A stretch of 64,000 bases of DNA, from assembly GCA_030637655.1 (NCBI GenBank), contig DAOWGI010000002.1:40355-104354 (forward strand). The letters run 5' to 3'. Both the position numbers and the translations under genes were made by a program. Of this stretch, positions 20,275 to 31,731 are shown one piece after another (the first letter of the stretch is position 1; each line of letters opens with the position of its first letter). Origin of the DNA: a candidate division FCPU426 bacterium. GTDB taxonomy: Bacteria; Oederibacteriota; JAAXVQ01; JAUVAV01. The notes under the pieces are model-generated. The model saw only the letters and a list, made by a program, of their open reading frames with translations, did not search any database and was not told where the DNA came from.

Positions 20275-21417
20275 ATGATCTCAGAATCCATTCGCAATTT
20301 ACAAATAATTTCTTCACCCGGTGTCGGAGGACGGGAAATTGATGTTCCGGTTTTAGCGCGAAAACTTATAGCGCAAGGACATCCGACTTGGGTGATGTGC
20401 CGCCCGAATACGCTGGTGGATCGTCTTTCAGCAGAGTGGGATTTGCCTTGCGAGCCAACCGGAATGCACTGGTATTTTGATCCCAAAGATGTTCTGGGGT
20501 TAGCCCGTTTTCTAAAAGCAAACAAGATTCAAATAATCCACTCTCATTGGTCGCGGGATCTGTCCAATCTCATTTTAGCCGCCGGTTTGGCTGGTCGGAT
20601 ACCGGTGGTCTTAACCAAACACGTGTATTCCACAGAGATAAAACGTGATATTTTCCATGATTGGGTATACCGGCACACAGATCGGGTTATTGCCATATCG
20701 GATTTAGTGGCGGATAACATCGCAGCTACGGTCTGTGTAGCGCGTGAGCGGGTTGTTACTATTTATAACGGTATTGAATTGGCAAACCAATGGAATCCGG
20801 AGTTGACACAGCAAGTGGATCTACGTCCGGAATTTGGTGTTCCTCCCGGCAAACCGGTTTTAGGGTATGTCGGGCGCTTGAATCGCGGAAAAGGACCGCA
20901 TATGATTCTGGCTGCCTTTGCTCGTGTGGCCGCGGCTTTCCCGGAGTGGCACTTAGTCTTGGTAGGCAAAGCGGTAGGGGAGAGCGAAACCAAATACGCG
21001 AAAAAACTCAAAACCGAGGTATTCACGCAGGGCTTGGAATCGCGCGTTCATTTTCCGGGATATCGCACGGACATGCCCGCTGTGATGCACACCTTTGATC
21101 TTTTGGCCAATGCCTCAGAGTTTGAATCTCTAGGTATGGTGATGGTAGAAGCCATGGCCATGGAACGGCCGGTTATCGGTCCGAACACAGGTGGTGTGCC
21201 GGAAATAATAGAGCCGGGAGTTTGTGGGGAGCTTTTTAATTACACTGATCCCCAAGATCTATCTGACAAGTTAAAAAAGCTCATGGGAGATACTGCTTTG
21301 CGGACAGCCATGGGGAAAAAAGGCCGCGAAATTGTATTGCGTAAATTTAATTTGGATCTTATGGCAGAGCAAGTAGTAACTGTTTTTCGTGATGTGTTGC
21401 AAAAGCAGAAGAGATAG
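20275..21417 (+). CDS. Glycosyltransferase family 4
   Basis: GYVGRLNRGKG, FPGYRTD, ESLGMVMVEAMA, TGGVPEII. Confidence 0.93.
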   Translation: MISESIRNLQIISSPGVGGREIDVPVLARKLIAQGHPTWVMCRPNTLVDRLSAEWDLPCEPTGMHWYFDPKDVLGLARFLKANKIQIIHSHWSRDLSNLILAAGLAGRIPVVLTKHVYSTEIKRDIFHDWVYRHTDRVIAISDLVADNIAATVCVARERVVTIYNGIELANQWNPELTQQVDLRPEFGVPPGKPVLGYVGRLNRGKGPHMILAAFARVAAAFPEWHLVLVGKAVGESETKYAKKLKTEVFTQGLESRVHFPGYRTDMPAVMHTFDLLANASEFESLGMVMVEAMAMERPVIGPNTGGVPEIIEPGVCGELFNYTDPQDLSDKLKKLMGDTALRTAMGKKGREIVLRKFNLDLMAEQVVTVFRDVLQKQKR

Positions 21418-21571
21418 ACACGCGCGCTTTTGCGCATCTTAGCAAGCGCGAAAATCCACACGTTATAACGCTTCGAAATGAAACACACCTTTTAAAACAA
21501 TTGAATTTCTTTTTTATTATAACCCTTGCTTTCTTCATTTTCTGTGCTATATTTAAAATATATGGATATTA

Positions 21572-21785
21572 GTAACTACTCAGGTCTGCAAGGAGCAGGG
21601 CGGTTTGGTCTTTTTTCAAGCGTGGCAGCGGTAACTGCGGAAATGTGGTTTAGAAAAGCATATCCCCCTATTGCCTGTTACCAGCTTAGACCTTGGTTTT
21701 CCGCTTTGCAATGCTTGAAAAAAAACCAAAGTGACCTGCCGGGCGTGAAGATTTGAATACTTTTTTTACCCACCTGAGTAGTTAC
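21572..21785. mobile_element. GTAA-ended MITE immediately upstream of giant gene 1
   Basis: Perfect 14-bp TIR gtaactactcaggt/acctgagtagttac; flanks ggatatta/gaatatta (7/8 match); long internal inverted repeat. Confidence 0.82.
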
Positions 21786-21808
21786 GAATATTAGGGAGAA
21801 AAATCTCA

Positions 21809-24800
21809 ATGAATAAAATCCCATCTATTGCTGCTTTTCGCCATCCCCGGCTTAGCATTTGGCTGAAAGCTTGCGCCATTTTGATGACCGTGAGTTTTGT
21901 GCTGCCCTACGTGACCTGGGCCTTTGATGCCGGGAATTATGCTATATCCCAACCTCATTTTCTGCGAATTGCTCACCTGGGAAAAGCGCTGAACGTTCCG
22001 GATAAAATCGGCGTCATTAAACAGGGTTTTCAGGGTAATGGCAAAACCGTGGTCTGTATCCAGGATTTGCATTGCAATTATGAGGTACAGAAGAATATTG
22101 CCAATATTATCCAGCACCTGGTAAAAAAGCACGGCTTGAAGCTAGTGGGCGAGGAAGGGGCATTTCATACGGTCGATACCTCGCCAATCAGCGCTTTCCC
22201 TATAAAAAAAGTCCGGGAAGAAGTAAGCGATTATTTTGTCAAGCAGGGCAAGATCACAGGCGCGGAGCATTATGCCGCCATCAGCGGCGGCGTTATTCAA
22301 CTGGAAGGCATTGAAACTCCCAAACTGTATGCAGCCGGCCAAAAAGCAGTGCGTAGCTTTTTGAATGCCGAGAGCCAGGGCTATTGCTATGATCTGCGCG
22401 ATATGCTGGAAGAATTGAAAGCTGATATTTATAATTCCCAACTCTTGAAATTCGATGGCAAGCGCGTGGCTTATCGCGAAGGCGATATAGACATTCTGAA
22501 ATACAGCGCATATCTGCATCGTATAGCCCGCAAGCTGCAAGTGGATTTGAGCGTGTATCCCAATTTGGCCCGCTTTCTCAGTCTGAAGCAGAATATTTTC
22601 TCCGCAAAAGTTGACCCGGACCAGCTTTTCCAGGAACTGGACAAACTGGATGCCCAAATCCGGCAACAGCTCTATACGGATAAAAAGCAACAGGAGTTGG
22701 ATGAATTATATACCCGCCTGGATATTGTCGAAAGACTTCTCAATATTTCCGTTTCCCAGGAAGAATTGCAAGCCTTTCGCACAGAGCGGGAAAAATATAC
22801 AACCCAGGCATTTATAAATTTCGTAGGGGCGATTCGTGAATCGCCCACCAATGAAGTGGATTATATTGAAAGTGATATGTATATCCTGGATGAATATTTA
22901 AAACAAGTGGAAGAGTTCTATCGCCTGGCAGATGAGCGGAGCATCCACTTTGTGGACAACCTGGTCCGCAAAATGGACCGCCTGGACGAGAACCTGGCAG
23001 TCATGATCAACGGCGGTTTTCATACTGACAAAGTCCTGGCTGAACTCAAGCGCCGGGATATCACCTATGTTTCCATCAAGCCACGCGTGACCCAACAGGA
23101 TGTGGTGAATCCGTATTTTTCCCTGCTTCAGGGTCGTAAAACCCCGTTGGAAAAGCTGCTGGCCAAGAATCAGACGATAATGGCGATAATGAATGGGTGG
23201 GAGAAGGATCCATCATTGACTCAACAAGTTGTATTATCTGTAAAAACATTTCGCGAACTTATGAGACACGGCGAGATAAAGATAATCCTAAAAGATTATC
23301 AGAAGAAATCTTTAGCTGCCTATATGGAACAATTTTCCAGCATTAAATTACTTAAAATAGAAGGCGAAGGCCTTCCGGACGGAGTTTATGCTTATTATTT
23401 ATCAATTAACGGGAAGAAATCAGATAACGTTTCGCTGGTTATGCGTAAAGGTCTTGTGCCGGAGATATGGCTGAACCAGCTTAATTTCGTTAGTTTTCAA
23501 AAATATTCGCGATGGATTTTATTGGTTGTTAGGTCCGTGAAAAAGGTTGGTCAAGTGCGGCAGGCGGTTCGGAAAAGTCCGAAGGCCTGGCCTGAAATGT
23601 TTTTCAAGGCGTGTGTGCTAGCAGTACCGGCATGGATAAAAGCAATAAAAAAAGAAGCATTAGCAGGCGTGGCAGTTGGAATCGCGCTGGCAGTATTTAT
23701 AGTCAGCGTCAATGTACCGGGCATTGTAATAACAGTACTGTTGAGTTTAACTATACTAACACAAATGAGAATGGATTTAAGGTATATGCAATTAGCCGGA
23801 GTGCCGCGAGTGGCAGGACAATGGATGTCCAAGGTTAGACAAAAAACCAAACTTGCTTTATTGAACGAAGGGTTGCCGGCGAAAACAGTGCCAGGCACCG
23901 AAGCCGAAAAAAAGATACCTCAACATAAAGAGTTGAATACCAAAAATAACGAGACAAGTAAAACCTTGAAGGATCGCTTCGCGAACTTGCTGCTGCACTC
24001 GGATAACATTCCGCGGGGCGCGTCGCTTACTCACGAATTATTCCGTTCATTGTTGGCTATTGATGAAAATACTGCCCTTGAGGGATGGCTGAAATATTTT
24101 GTGCCGGTTTATAGTGGTGTTACAGAAGAGGTGTGTAGGTTTAATTCGGAAATGCCCCAGACGCGCATGCCGGAAATACTGATTTTGGTAGGTTTGAAAT
24201 TAGCTGACCGGGAGCTGGAATACCAAGCGCAATTAGCTCGCTTGATAAGAGGGCAAAAGGTGGACTTGAAGGCAGTGGGCCCGGTTTTTGATACTAGTAT
24301 GAATAATTATTATAATATTTTAGGAGTTTCACGCGATGCTTCTAGCCATGAGATTAAAAAAGCTTATAGAAAATTGGCTTTAAAATATCATCCGGACCAA
24401 ACTCGCGGAAATAAAGAGGCTGAGGAGAAGTTTAAGAAAATAGAAGGGGCTTATTCGGTCCTAAGTGATCCAGATAAGAGAAAAACGTATAATTTGATGG
24501 GCCATGCTGCTTATACAAAAAGGCAGAGGTTTGGCGGCGGTATTATGTTGTGGCTGCGGAGTATTTGGGTCGGGATAGGCAATTTTTTAGATAGTCTGGG
24601 AGTAGAGGCAGCTTGGGTTAAGAAGGTATTTAGCGAAAAGACTTATGACTACGCGGTGGCCTCGATCGCGGAAAATGCCATTGTCAAGTATGCCGGACCA
24701 TTACTGGCTCCGGCTCTCATAATTTTGTTTCCCGAAATCACTCAGAATCAGGCAGCCTGGGCGCTTTTCCTCGGACTGCATATTCCTCAGATGTTTTGGA

Positions 24801-27800
24801 AAAAAGGCCGGCAGCTGCGCTATACTCTGCCCACTTTTGCACTAACAGCCATTGGCTTGTATTCTGACCTTTCGCCCCTGGGCGATGGTTTGATTGTGCA
24901 TTTAGCCGTGAATTTGGTTCTATACGGGATCGCACCGTGGATTATGAGCCGTATGGGCAGGGCTAAACTAAAGGAAAAAGCACAGAAATTAATTAAGCAG
25001 TTAGCTGGAATGTTGAAAAAGGAGCCAGGTGCCGAAAAAAAATCTAAAACAATGCAATATTCGCCGCTCTCTATAGCAGAAAGCGCTTTAGAGGAAACTC
25101 ATCCAGGATTTGCTGAAAATCATCCTGACCTATACTATGAAATCACTACGGAAATAGTGCCTAAATATGAATCATTACTATTTATTTGGGGCAAGAGGGA
25201 GGTGGCATTTAAGAAATTAAGAACAGAAGTAAATGAGCTTCTTGAGAAAGAAGGGCTGCAAGAAATAGAATTGAAGATGGAAGAAGTATATATACTTCCT
25301 TATGAAAAGCTGACCAAACATTTTATAGTAGGGAGTTTGTCGGTTTTCCTAATGTTTCAATATCCCGGGATAGCGTATCTTATAGCGGCAACAATACCGT
25401 CGTTGATTTATACACTGGTTCGAACCAATATTTATCAATTAATGTACAAAGGGAGAGAAAAAGAAAAACGGTTATGGTGGGTCGGCTTTGTTTTGGCAGT
25501 TACGATGAATTTCAGGATGCTGATTTTGCCTATGTTGATTTATGTGATATCAGTAATATTTAAAATAACAGGGATATTATTTGGGATTTGGATTTTTACT
25601 CTCGCTTGTTACGGAGTGTGGTACGGCATAAAACTAACACAGGAGGATGATAAAGCGCGACGATTAACTATCCGAATTATTGCCTGGTATAATAAAAAAG
25701 TTCTGGAGTGGAGAAAAAAGGGGAAGGGCTTAAGAGCCAGGAGTAAGGGGCTCTCAACAGCAGACAAAAAAGCGGAGCAAAGCTTTGATGAAGCATTAAA
25801 AGCAGCGGAGATAAAAATAAATAAATATTTAACAATTCTGAATATACCTGATATCCCTTTGGATGAAATTAATTATGATGTGATCGTGGAATATGCCGAG
25901 AAAAAAACCTATGGATATGGGTCATTTAAAGAAACAGATGAACAGCATAAAGCATGTTCGGTATTACGGGAACTATATGAAATAATGGGCAAGATGATTC
26001 TGAGGCAATTATATGAAGATGTCAAAATAGTCAATGAAAAAATGATTTCTGCTCAGAAAATTATACAACTGCGTGATCTGTTGAAAAAAATTGATGAAAG
26101 TACTGATAAAAGTGTTTGGGAGTCGACCTTAAACGGGATTGTTGAGAAAAGCAAAGAGTTCCAATTGAGTTTTAATATAAATATTGTACAACCAACGTCA
26201 GCCGGTTATCCTTCAGAAAAAGAATATCGCGAAAATGTGTCGGAGATGATTGAACTTGTTCGGAAGTTCACTGAGTTGGAAAAACAAATATCTCCGGCAG
26301 CTGCGGGCGAGTTTCGCGCAAGTGAAAGCAAACATGATGGCATTCTGGCGGTAGAACCGCCTATCGGAAAGATGATTTCAATAATTGAGCTAGAGTATCT
26401 TGTGCGTAAGGAGAAGTATGAGGATTCAAAATCCAGTCATAATGTCGAAAAGCTAATTGAGGATGTGAAAATAAATACCCCGGGCACACTGATAGAAGAA
26501 TTTCTTCGCGTATTTTTAGTGCTAAAAGAGAATTATGAAATAAAGCGAAAAGATATACAGTCAGGCATTACTACACCCCTTGGCGGGAAATCCAGTCTGC
26601 TAAAGAAATGGACGCTTATGCTGTTTCCGGATTGGGCAGGGCGTAAGTATACCAAGCTTCGTCTGGTTTTCATTGAAACCGGCTGGGTGCTGTTTTTGGG
26701 CGGGGTAGTGATGACCGGGCTGTGGGTTTTGAGCATGCTGGGAATGCCAATGCTCGCGGATTGGTTTCCGATTGACACCATAATAGGGCAAATGCAGAGC
26801 ATGTTTGAGATAGCCTTGATTTTCTTCCCAATTTTGCATTTGGATAAGGTATTTAATTGGATATTGGATAGAGCGCCCCCTGATCTTGATCGTTTATTAA
26901 GCCCGGTTTTACGCACTAAAGAACCAACCCCCTTGCCCAATGCCGCGATCGCTGCCGGTATATCCGCGCTGGCCTATATTTCCCTGCTGCAGGCCTGGGG
27001 TATTGTGATTGGCCTGCTGGTCTTTATTCTTTCCCACGCGGCAGTTAATCTGTATTTAGATATAGTACCCACCATTGCCCAAACTGTTAAAGCCGACCCA
27101 GTGCCTTTGACTTCCGGTTCAGTGCGGCCTCAAGGGGTTGGCGATTTGTTCGGCGCTAGTGGCGAAAACATGGTTAAGCGCCACTGGTTTTTTAAAATTC
27201 CAGGCACGAAATTGCTGGTGCTGCCGCTTATAGCACTTTTGTTTTTCCTGATCCCGTCTAAAGTTGTGGGTAATATGACAATTACGAATAAGGAGATTCT
27301 GCAAGCGCAATTGGCCTGCCGGCAGGCATTGCATGGACAAACTGTTAAAAATTCAAAGCAGCTGGCAGCGGGCAAGACGATCTATGAATTAATATTCGGC
27401 AAATTTTCAAGCGCCAATGACTTTCCAATGTACTTGAAATACATGACCGATTCGGTCGAACTGCGGGTGGTGGAACCGGCTGATGATAATGCCTCCTTTT
27501 TTGAAAAATTCAAAACCACTATACATGCAATCACAGCAGCTTTTTTTGGAACTCATACTGATACCCATCAAACGAATATATACGTATCAAAAAGCATGCT
27601 GGCATTGGCACTGGCAGAATCGAAAAATCAGCCTCAAACCTGGAAAGAGCAGCTGCTTACCCGGCTGGCAAAATTGCATTTGGGCCTGGTAATATGGTTT
27701 CAGAGCAATCTTTGCAAGACAATAATAAAGATTAGTTTAATCCCATCTGAGCTGGGCCTGGACGCAGCTGTTAATGTTTTGAAGCATCTTGGTTTTGGCC

Positions 27801-29533
27801 AAAAGTCCGGCGAAAAATTTCCTGCCGGCCATATGGACGTAACTGATTATACTGCCAAGATCCAGGCAGCCGGGAGCATGACCTGCGACAGCTCGCTCTT
27901 GCTGAACTTGATAGGACAGTACAGTCTGGATGTACAGAAAGTGCTTCAAAATCCCATGATCATGCCTTTGCTAAAGATTCTCATGCTGAAAGCATATCTC
28001 CTGGGTGATGTCAGGATGAATGCGGATACCTTAATCAGGGCAGCGCAAATGCCCATTGACGATTTGTTGCTCAGGGATGAGAAAGGGAATCCAGTAATTG
28101 ATTTTACGGCCTTGAATGAGTTGACCGTCCAATACGGCCTGGCTGAGTTTGAATTTTTGCCGGAAAACATTGAGGCCATCATTTTCGAGGCCAAGGAAAA
28201 TCCGGTCATGGAAACCATGCTGGTCCAGGTGTTGTCCGCGAATCCTGAAGCCAGGGAAGTACCATTAGCAAATATTGGCACCATGCTCAACGCACTGCTG
28301 GCTGATCAAAAAAGCTATAGGCCGGATACATCACAGGCCGGTCGAGTGCCTGAGACGATGGCAATTCAGGATATGCAAATATTACTGCCCCGGGAGACAG
28401 CTAAAGCAATGTTGCGCCAGGTCAATAAACTGCTGGCAGATCTTGGCAGGCATTCTGCGCCCGGCTTAGTTAAACGTCTCACAGTTTTGCAGAGTATCCT
28501 GCAAACTGCCGGGGATAATACTGCTTCCGGGCTGATTATAAAACTAACCGCTGAAGACCGCCCCTTCATTCAGGAACTGGCCGGCGAAATAATGCGTATT
28601 CAGCGCAGTAGTTCGGCGGTGGCATTCGTACCCCAGTTAGACCAATATGGCGCGCTGGTTGCATCTGATACGGGCGAGATAAAGCAAGTGCGGGTTGAAA
28701 CCACCCCAGGGCAATTTGAAGTTTTAGAAATTTTTAAGCGGGATTTATTCGACCTCGCAGCCACATCGGTTGAGGCCTTACAAGCAGGTGTCAAAGCGAT
28801 TTATAAGCGCCAAACCCCGGCTCAGGCTGAGATGAGGTTGTTTAGCGGTAAATACAAAGCCTGGGTGACAAATAAGCCCATAACCGGTTTATCTGCGGCT
28901 GATCAATTCTGGCTGCTGATGGCCAAAATCATACCTTTGCGGGTATTTAAAATCGCAGTTCACAAGCGTATTCAATATAGGAAGCCCTATGGATACATAA
29001 AAGCCCGGATATGGGATACCCTGCCAATGGAACTCAGAAATGCGCCTCTGGCCCGGGAATTTTTCCGAAAAGTGAAAAATGAAGCCAATGAAATATCACT
29101 GGCGCCCGGCAAACGCGCGGTTTTCAATACTTGCTGGAATTTTACGAGCGCTGATTGGAAGAATAAAGAAGCCTCGGCTAAGGCAGAATTGGAATTTGCC
29201 CTGAGCATGGTACTTTTCCTGGAAAAGCATAAAGGGCCCAGGCATTATCAAAACCTGGCTCTGTTTTTCCATGTGGTCAGACAGATGCAATCCATAACCC
29301 CGCTGCACTTTGCCAAAATGGATAAAACCTGGCAGTCTCAATATCCTTATCTTATTCATTCCGAATATCATATTCCGGCTGCTTTGAGGAAAGTATCCAG
29401 AGGATTTTTCGGCAAAGTAAAAGAACTGGTCGAATACAGCACTTCTCAGGAGTATTCGCCGTTTGTGGTTATTGATAAGTGGCTCGATCTGTTTGAGCGT
29501 AAAATTCAGCGTTGTTTTGGTGGGTCAGCGTAA
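21809..29533 (+). CDS. Giant modular membrane protein 1 (2574 aa) containing a DnaJ J-domain
   Basis: AGGGAG RBS; signal/TM segment; N-domain motifs QDLH, GEEGA, GGFH shared with the 55622 paralog; J-domain YYNILGV...KYHPD at ~24305-24515; several TM clusters. Confidence 0.92.
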   Translation: MNKIPSIAAFRHPRLSIWLKACAILMTVSFVLPYVTWAFDAGNYAISQPHFLRIAHLGKALNVPDKIGVIKQGFQGNGKTVVCIQDLHCNYEVQKNIANIIQHLVKKHGLKLVGEEGAFHTVDTSPISAFPIKKVREEVSDYFVKQGKITGAEHYAAISGGVIQLEGIETPKLYAAGQKAVRSFLNAESQGYCYDLRDMLEELKADIYNSQLLKFDGKRVAYREGDIDILKYSAYLHRIARKLQVDLSVYPNLARFLSLKQNIFSAKVDPDQLFQELDKLDAQIRQQLYTDKKQQELDELYTRLDIVERLLNISVSQEELQAFRTEREKYTTQAFINFVGAIRESPTNEVDYIESDMYILDEYLKQVEEFYRLADERSIHFVDNLVRKMDRLDENLAVMINGGFHTDKVLAELKRRDITYVSIKPRVTQQDVVNPYFSLLQGRKTPLEKLLAKNQTIMAIMNGWEKDPSLTQQVVLSVKTFRELMRHGEIKIILKDYQKKSLAAYMEQFSSIKLLKIEGEGLPDGVYAYYLSINGKKSDNVSLVMRKGLVPEIWLNQLNFVSFQKYSRWILLVVRSVKKVGQVRQAVRKSPKAWPEMFFKACVLAVPAWIKAIKKEALAGVAVGIALAVFIVSVNVPGIVITVLLSLTILTQMRMDLRYMQLAGVPRVAGQWMSKVRQKTKLALLNEGLPAKTVPGTEAEKKIPQHKELNTKNNETSKTLKDRFANLLLHSDNIPRGASLTHELFRSLLAIDENTALEGWLKYFVPVYSGVTEEVCRFNSEMPQTRMPEILILVGLKLADRELEYQAQLARLIRGQKVDLKAVGPVFDTSMNNYYNILGVSRDASSHEIKKAYRKLALKYHPDQTRGNKEAEEKFKKIEGAYSVLSDPDKRKTYNLMGHAAYTKRQRFGGGIMLWLRSIWVGIGNFLDSLGVEAAWVKKVFSEKTYDYAVASIAENAIVKYAGPLLAPALIILFPEITQNQAAWALFLGLHIPQMFWKKGRQLRYTLPTFALTAIGLYSDLSPLGDGLIVHLAVNLVLYGIAPWIMSRMGRAKLKEKAQKLIKQLAGMLKKEPGAEKKSKTMQYSPLSIAESALEETHPGFAENHPDLYYEITTEIVPKYESLLFIWGKREVAFKKLRTEVNELLEKEGLQEIELKMEEVYILPYEKLTKHFIVGSLSVFLMFQYPGIAYLIAATIPSLIYTLVRTNIYQLMYKGREKEKRLWWVGFVLAVTMNFRMLILPMLIYVISVIFKITGILFGIWIFTLACYGVWYGIKLTQEDDKARRLTIRIIAWYNKKVLEWRKKGKGLRARSKGLSTADKKAEQSFDEALKAAEIKINKYLTILNIPDIPLDEINYDVIVEYAEKKTYGYGSFKETDEQHKACSVLRELYEIMGKMILRQLYEDVKIVNEKMISAQKIIQLRDLLKKIDESTDKSVWESTLNGIVEKSKEFQLSFNINIVQPTSAGYPSEKEYRENVSEMIELVRKFTELEKQISPAAAGEFRASESKHDGILAVEPPIGKMISIIELEYLVRKEKYEDSKSSHNVEKLIEDVKINTPGTLIEEFLRVFLVLKENYEIKRKDIQSGITTPLGGKSSLLKKWTLMLFPDWAGRKYTKLRLVFIETGWVLFLGGVVMTGLWVLSMLGMPMLADWFPIDTIIGQMQSMFEIALIFFPILHLDKVFNWILDRAPPDLDRLLSPVLRTKEPTPLPNAAIAAGISALAYISLLQAWGIVIGLLVFILSHAAVNLYLDIVPTIAQTVKADPVPLTSGSVRPQGVGDLFGASGENMVKRHWFFKIPGTKLLVLPLIALLFFLIPSKVVGNMTITNKEILQAQLACRQALHGQTVKNSKQLAAGKTIYELIFGKFSSANDFPMYLKYMTDSVELRVVEPADDNASFFEKFKTTIHAITAAFFGTHTDTHQTNIYVSKSMLALALAESKNQPQTWKEQLLTRLAKLHLGLVIWFQSNLCKTIIKISLIPSELGLDAAVNVLKHLGFGQKSGEKFPAGHMDVTDYTAKIQAAGSMTCDSSLLLNLIGQYSLDVQKVLQNPMIMPLLKILMLKAYLLGDVRMNADTLIRAAQMPIDDLLLRDEKGNPVIDFTALNELTVQYGLAEFEFLPENIEAIIFEAKENPVMETMLVQVLSANPEAREVPLANIGTMLNALLADQKSYRPDTSQAGRVPETMAIQDMQILLPRETAKAMLRQVNKLLADLGRHSAPGLVKRLTVLQSILQTAGDNTASGLIIKLTAEDRPFIQELAGEIMRIQRSSSAVAFVPQLDQYGALVASDTGEIKQVRVETTPGQFEVLEIFKRDLFDLAATSVEALQAGVKAIYKRQTPAQAEMRLFSGKYKAWVTNKPITGLSAADQFWLLMAKIIPLRVFKIAVHKRIQYRKPYGYIKARIWDTLPMELRNAPLAREFFRKVKNEANEISLAPGKRAVFNTCWNFTSADWKNKEASAKAELEFALSMVLFLEKHKGPRHYQNLALFFHVVRQMQSITPLHFAKMDKTWQSQYPYLIHSEYHIPAALRKVSRGFFGKVKELVEYSTSQEYSPFVVIDKWLDLFERKIQRCFGGSA
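22823..22846. repeat. GTAG REP-like unit inside the giant CDS (reads VGAIRESP)
   Basis: gtaggggcgattcgtgaatcgccc, same architecture as the intergenic units. Confidence 0.8.
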
Positions 29534-29676
29534 AATTTTGTGAAACTTTGGGCAGGTTGGTTCTTACAGGGCATTATGCCTGACAGGAGGACTGATTTTC
29601 TATAGAAACGCCTCCCTGCCACGGCAGGCAATGCGCGGGACCGCGGGTATTCTGGCTTTTCTGTGGACTGCCGGAG

Positions 29677-30396
29677 TTAGCGGAAGATTATAGTTGCAGG
29701 TTTTTTAAAGGGTAAATGAATTTCAACACTCTCACCAGCCGGTGAGCGCAATTCGGTGAGGGTTACAGCGTTAGGTTTGATAAGGAATTCATAGTCGGAT
29801 ACTTGAAATTTTGAAAAAGAGGTTTGTCCCAGACTTCCCAGAAAAACATCGGATTTGCGTCCTGTTGGGAGCACTACTTTTTTAGGAAACAATTGGTTGT
29901 TTTTAATTATCCAAGCGTTACGATAAGCGCGGACCGGTCCGGGCCAGCGTTTGGCATGAATGTAGCATTTAAGACGATCGAGTGTTTCGGAGGGTTCGCC
30001 TGTTTCCGCATCCCTAGTATGACCACTGCTGGTATCAACAAAGAAAAGATGGTCACCGAATTTTAGCTTGCCAAAACCGATGGTTTTATAGGTTTTGGGC
30101 GCTATCCGGTATTTTATCTTAGGATTTGCCCGGGTTACGATAAGGGGTACTTCAGAAAGATTTAATACGTGTAAAATAACTTCAGCGCCGCCAGGCGAAT
30201 AAAATTTTGCCGGATACAATGTAGCCTGGTGATAGACCATGCCGAATTCCCAAGGCTGGGACGCCTGGTCGGATAAACGGGTGTTTTCGGTAATCGGAGC
30301 GTGTTCCCAGACCGCTTGCGTACTTGCCGGCAGAAATATAATTCCTGTCAAAAAAATAATGCCATACATTGTGGTGTGAAGTTGGAAAATTGACAT
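29677..30396 (-). CDS. Hypothetical exported protein, possibly beta-sandwich/cupredoxin-like
   Basis: 239-aa ORF with a signal-peptide-like N-terminus; start uncertain. Confidence 0.65.
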   Translation of the reverse strand: MSIFQLHTTMYGIIFLTGIIFLPASTQAVWEHAPITENTRLSDQASQPWEFGMVYHQATLYPAKFYSPGGAEVILHVLNLSEVPLIVTRANPKIKYRIAPKTYKTIGFGKLKFGDHLFFVDTSSGHTRDAETGEPSETLDRLKCYIHAKRWPGPVRAYRNAWIIKNNQLFPKKVVLPTGRKSDVFLGSLGQTSFSKFQVSDYEFLIKPNAVTLTELRSPAGESVEIHLPFKKPATIIFR

Positions 30397-30451
30397 GGGG
30401 CTATTTTATAAGAAAGCACCGGGTTTGTCATGCTGAAATTCCGATCGGAAG

Positions 30452-30628
30452 GTAACATGTCAGTGAACTAATAGAAAGAAAATTAACCGCCGATGAACGC
30501 CGATAAATACAGATTTAATTTTTTTATCTCTTAAGTTCTAAATATCTGCGTCTATCTGCGTTCATCGGCGGCTAATTTTGGTTTCGGTTTATCCGAATTA
30601 GGTTTTTTTCGCTTCACTGACATGTTAC
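30452..30628. mobile_element. GTAA-ended MITE, family B copy 1
   Basis: Perfect 16-bp TIR gtaacatgtcagtgaa/ttcactgacatgttac; body highly similar to 50502-50697; internal palindrome aaccgccgatgaacgc...gcgttcatcggcgg. Confidence 0.88.
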
Positions 30629-30649
30629 GGATACGCAGTTAAAAAAAAA

Positions 30650-30679
30650 TTGACAGGCCAAGCTGCGGTTTGATAGCAT
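30650..30679 (+). promoter_or_regulatory. Putative sigma70 promoter for the hydrolase/folE2 genes
   Basis: TTGACA-18bp-TAGCAT with an upstream TG (extended -10). Confidence 0.5.
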
Positions 30680-30738
30680 AATGCGACTCGGAAATTAGGG
30701 CTGTGAATCCATTAGGAATGTGAGGTTGGAGAGATACG

Positions 30739-31671
30739 ATGAAGTGGAAACGGATTGTGTACTTGGGGCTGCTGCTGGTACTGGTGGGTACTGGTATACT
30801 CTATTTTCTGCGTTTTCACGCCGGAAAAGCAATTTTTCCAGTACGCGGTGAATTTATTCAGGTGGAAAACACAAAAATATATACCACCGTACGCGGTGAG
30901 GGGAAAACCGTGCTTTTTTTGCATGGTTTTCCGTATAATTCGGAATCTTTTTATTCTCTAGCTACTCGTCCTTTTCCAGGATATCGTTTTATTACTGTTG
31001 ATTTTCCGGGTTTGGGCTTGTCTGAGAAAAACATCAATAAAAATTTAACCCCGGAGGATATGGCGCTCTTGGTAAAGCTTTTTCTTGATCGTATTGGAGT
31101 ACAGGAAGTGGATCTGGTAGGACACGACCTGGGGGGCGGTGTTGCTATTGTGTGTGCTGCGAATTTTCCGCAAATTGTGAATAAAGTAGTTTTGCTGGCC
31201 CCGGACTCCTCAGGCGGAAGCGCAACCTCGATAATGAACGGATTGTGGCAGATTCCAGTGCTGGGAGAATTATGGGCTACTTTTCGTTTGGATCGTAGAT
31301 TTGTCAGGGATTTCTTGCAACGGTCTTGGGCGCCGGCGGCTTCAGAATGGAGCCAAATGGTTGAACGCTATACACGCGTGCTTAACACCCGAAACGGCAG
31401 AAAAGGTTTTTTGGAATTACACCGGGGACGTCAGGGGTTTGACTACCTAAAGCACGAGGAGCGTATGCAGGTCGAAACTTTGATTCTGTGGGGAGAGGAA
31501 GATCGCGTTGTTGAGCTCGGTGCGTCAGAGCGATTGCTGCAAAGTTTGGAACATTCGACACTTAAGACCATTCCCAAGGTTGGCCATCTACTTCACGAAG
31601 AAGCGCCGGAGCAAGTCTATCAACTGATTAAAGGTTTTTTGCTTACTCCTGAAAAGAAAGACGAAGAATAA
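30739..31671 (+). CDS. Alpha/beta hydrolase with N-terminal membrane anchor
   Basis: LFLHGFP, DFPGLGLS, GHDLGG (Asp nucleophile), LWGEED, GHLLHEE. Confidence 0.92.
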   Translation: MKWKRIVYLGLLLVLVGTGILYFLRFHAGKAIFPVRGEFIQVENTKIYTTVRGEGKTVLFLHGFPYNSESFYSLATRPFPGYRFITVDFPGLGLSEKNINKNLTPEDMALLVKLFLDRIGVQEVDLVGHDLGGGVAIVCAANFPQIVNKVVLLAPDSSGGSATSIMNGLWQIPVLGELWATFRLDRRFVRDFLQRSWAPAASEWSQMVERYTRVLNTRNGRKGFLELHRGRQGFDYLKHEERMQVETLILWGEEDRVVELGASERLLQSLEHSTLKTIPKVGHLLHEEAPEQVYQLIKGFLLTPEKKDEE

Positions 31672-31731
31672 CTTAACTGCGATGGTACGAAAAAAACACC
31701 AGCGACGATCGCAAATAGCCGGGAGGAAGTA

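Noticed and set aside
21526-21756. 76-aa ORF, or a 6S-like ncRNA, upstream of giant gene 1
   Set aside because: Better explained as a MITE (perfect TIRs and 8-bp TSD); the ORF has no RBS or motif.
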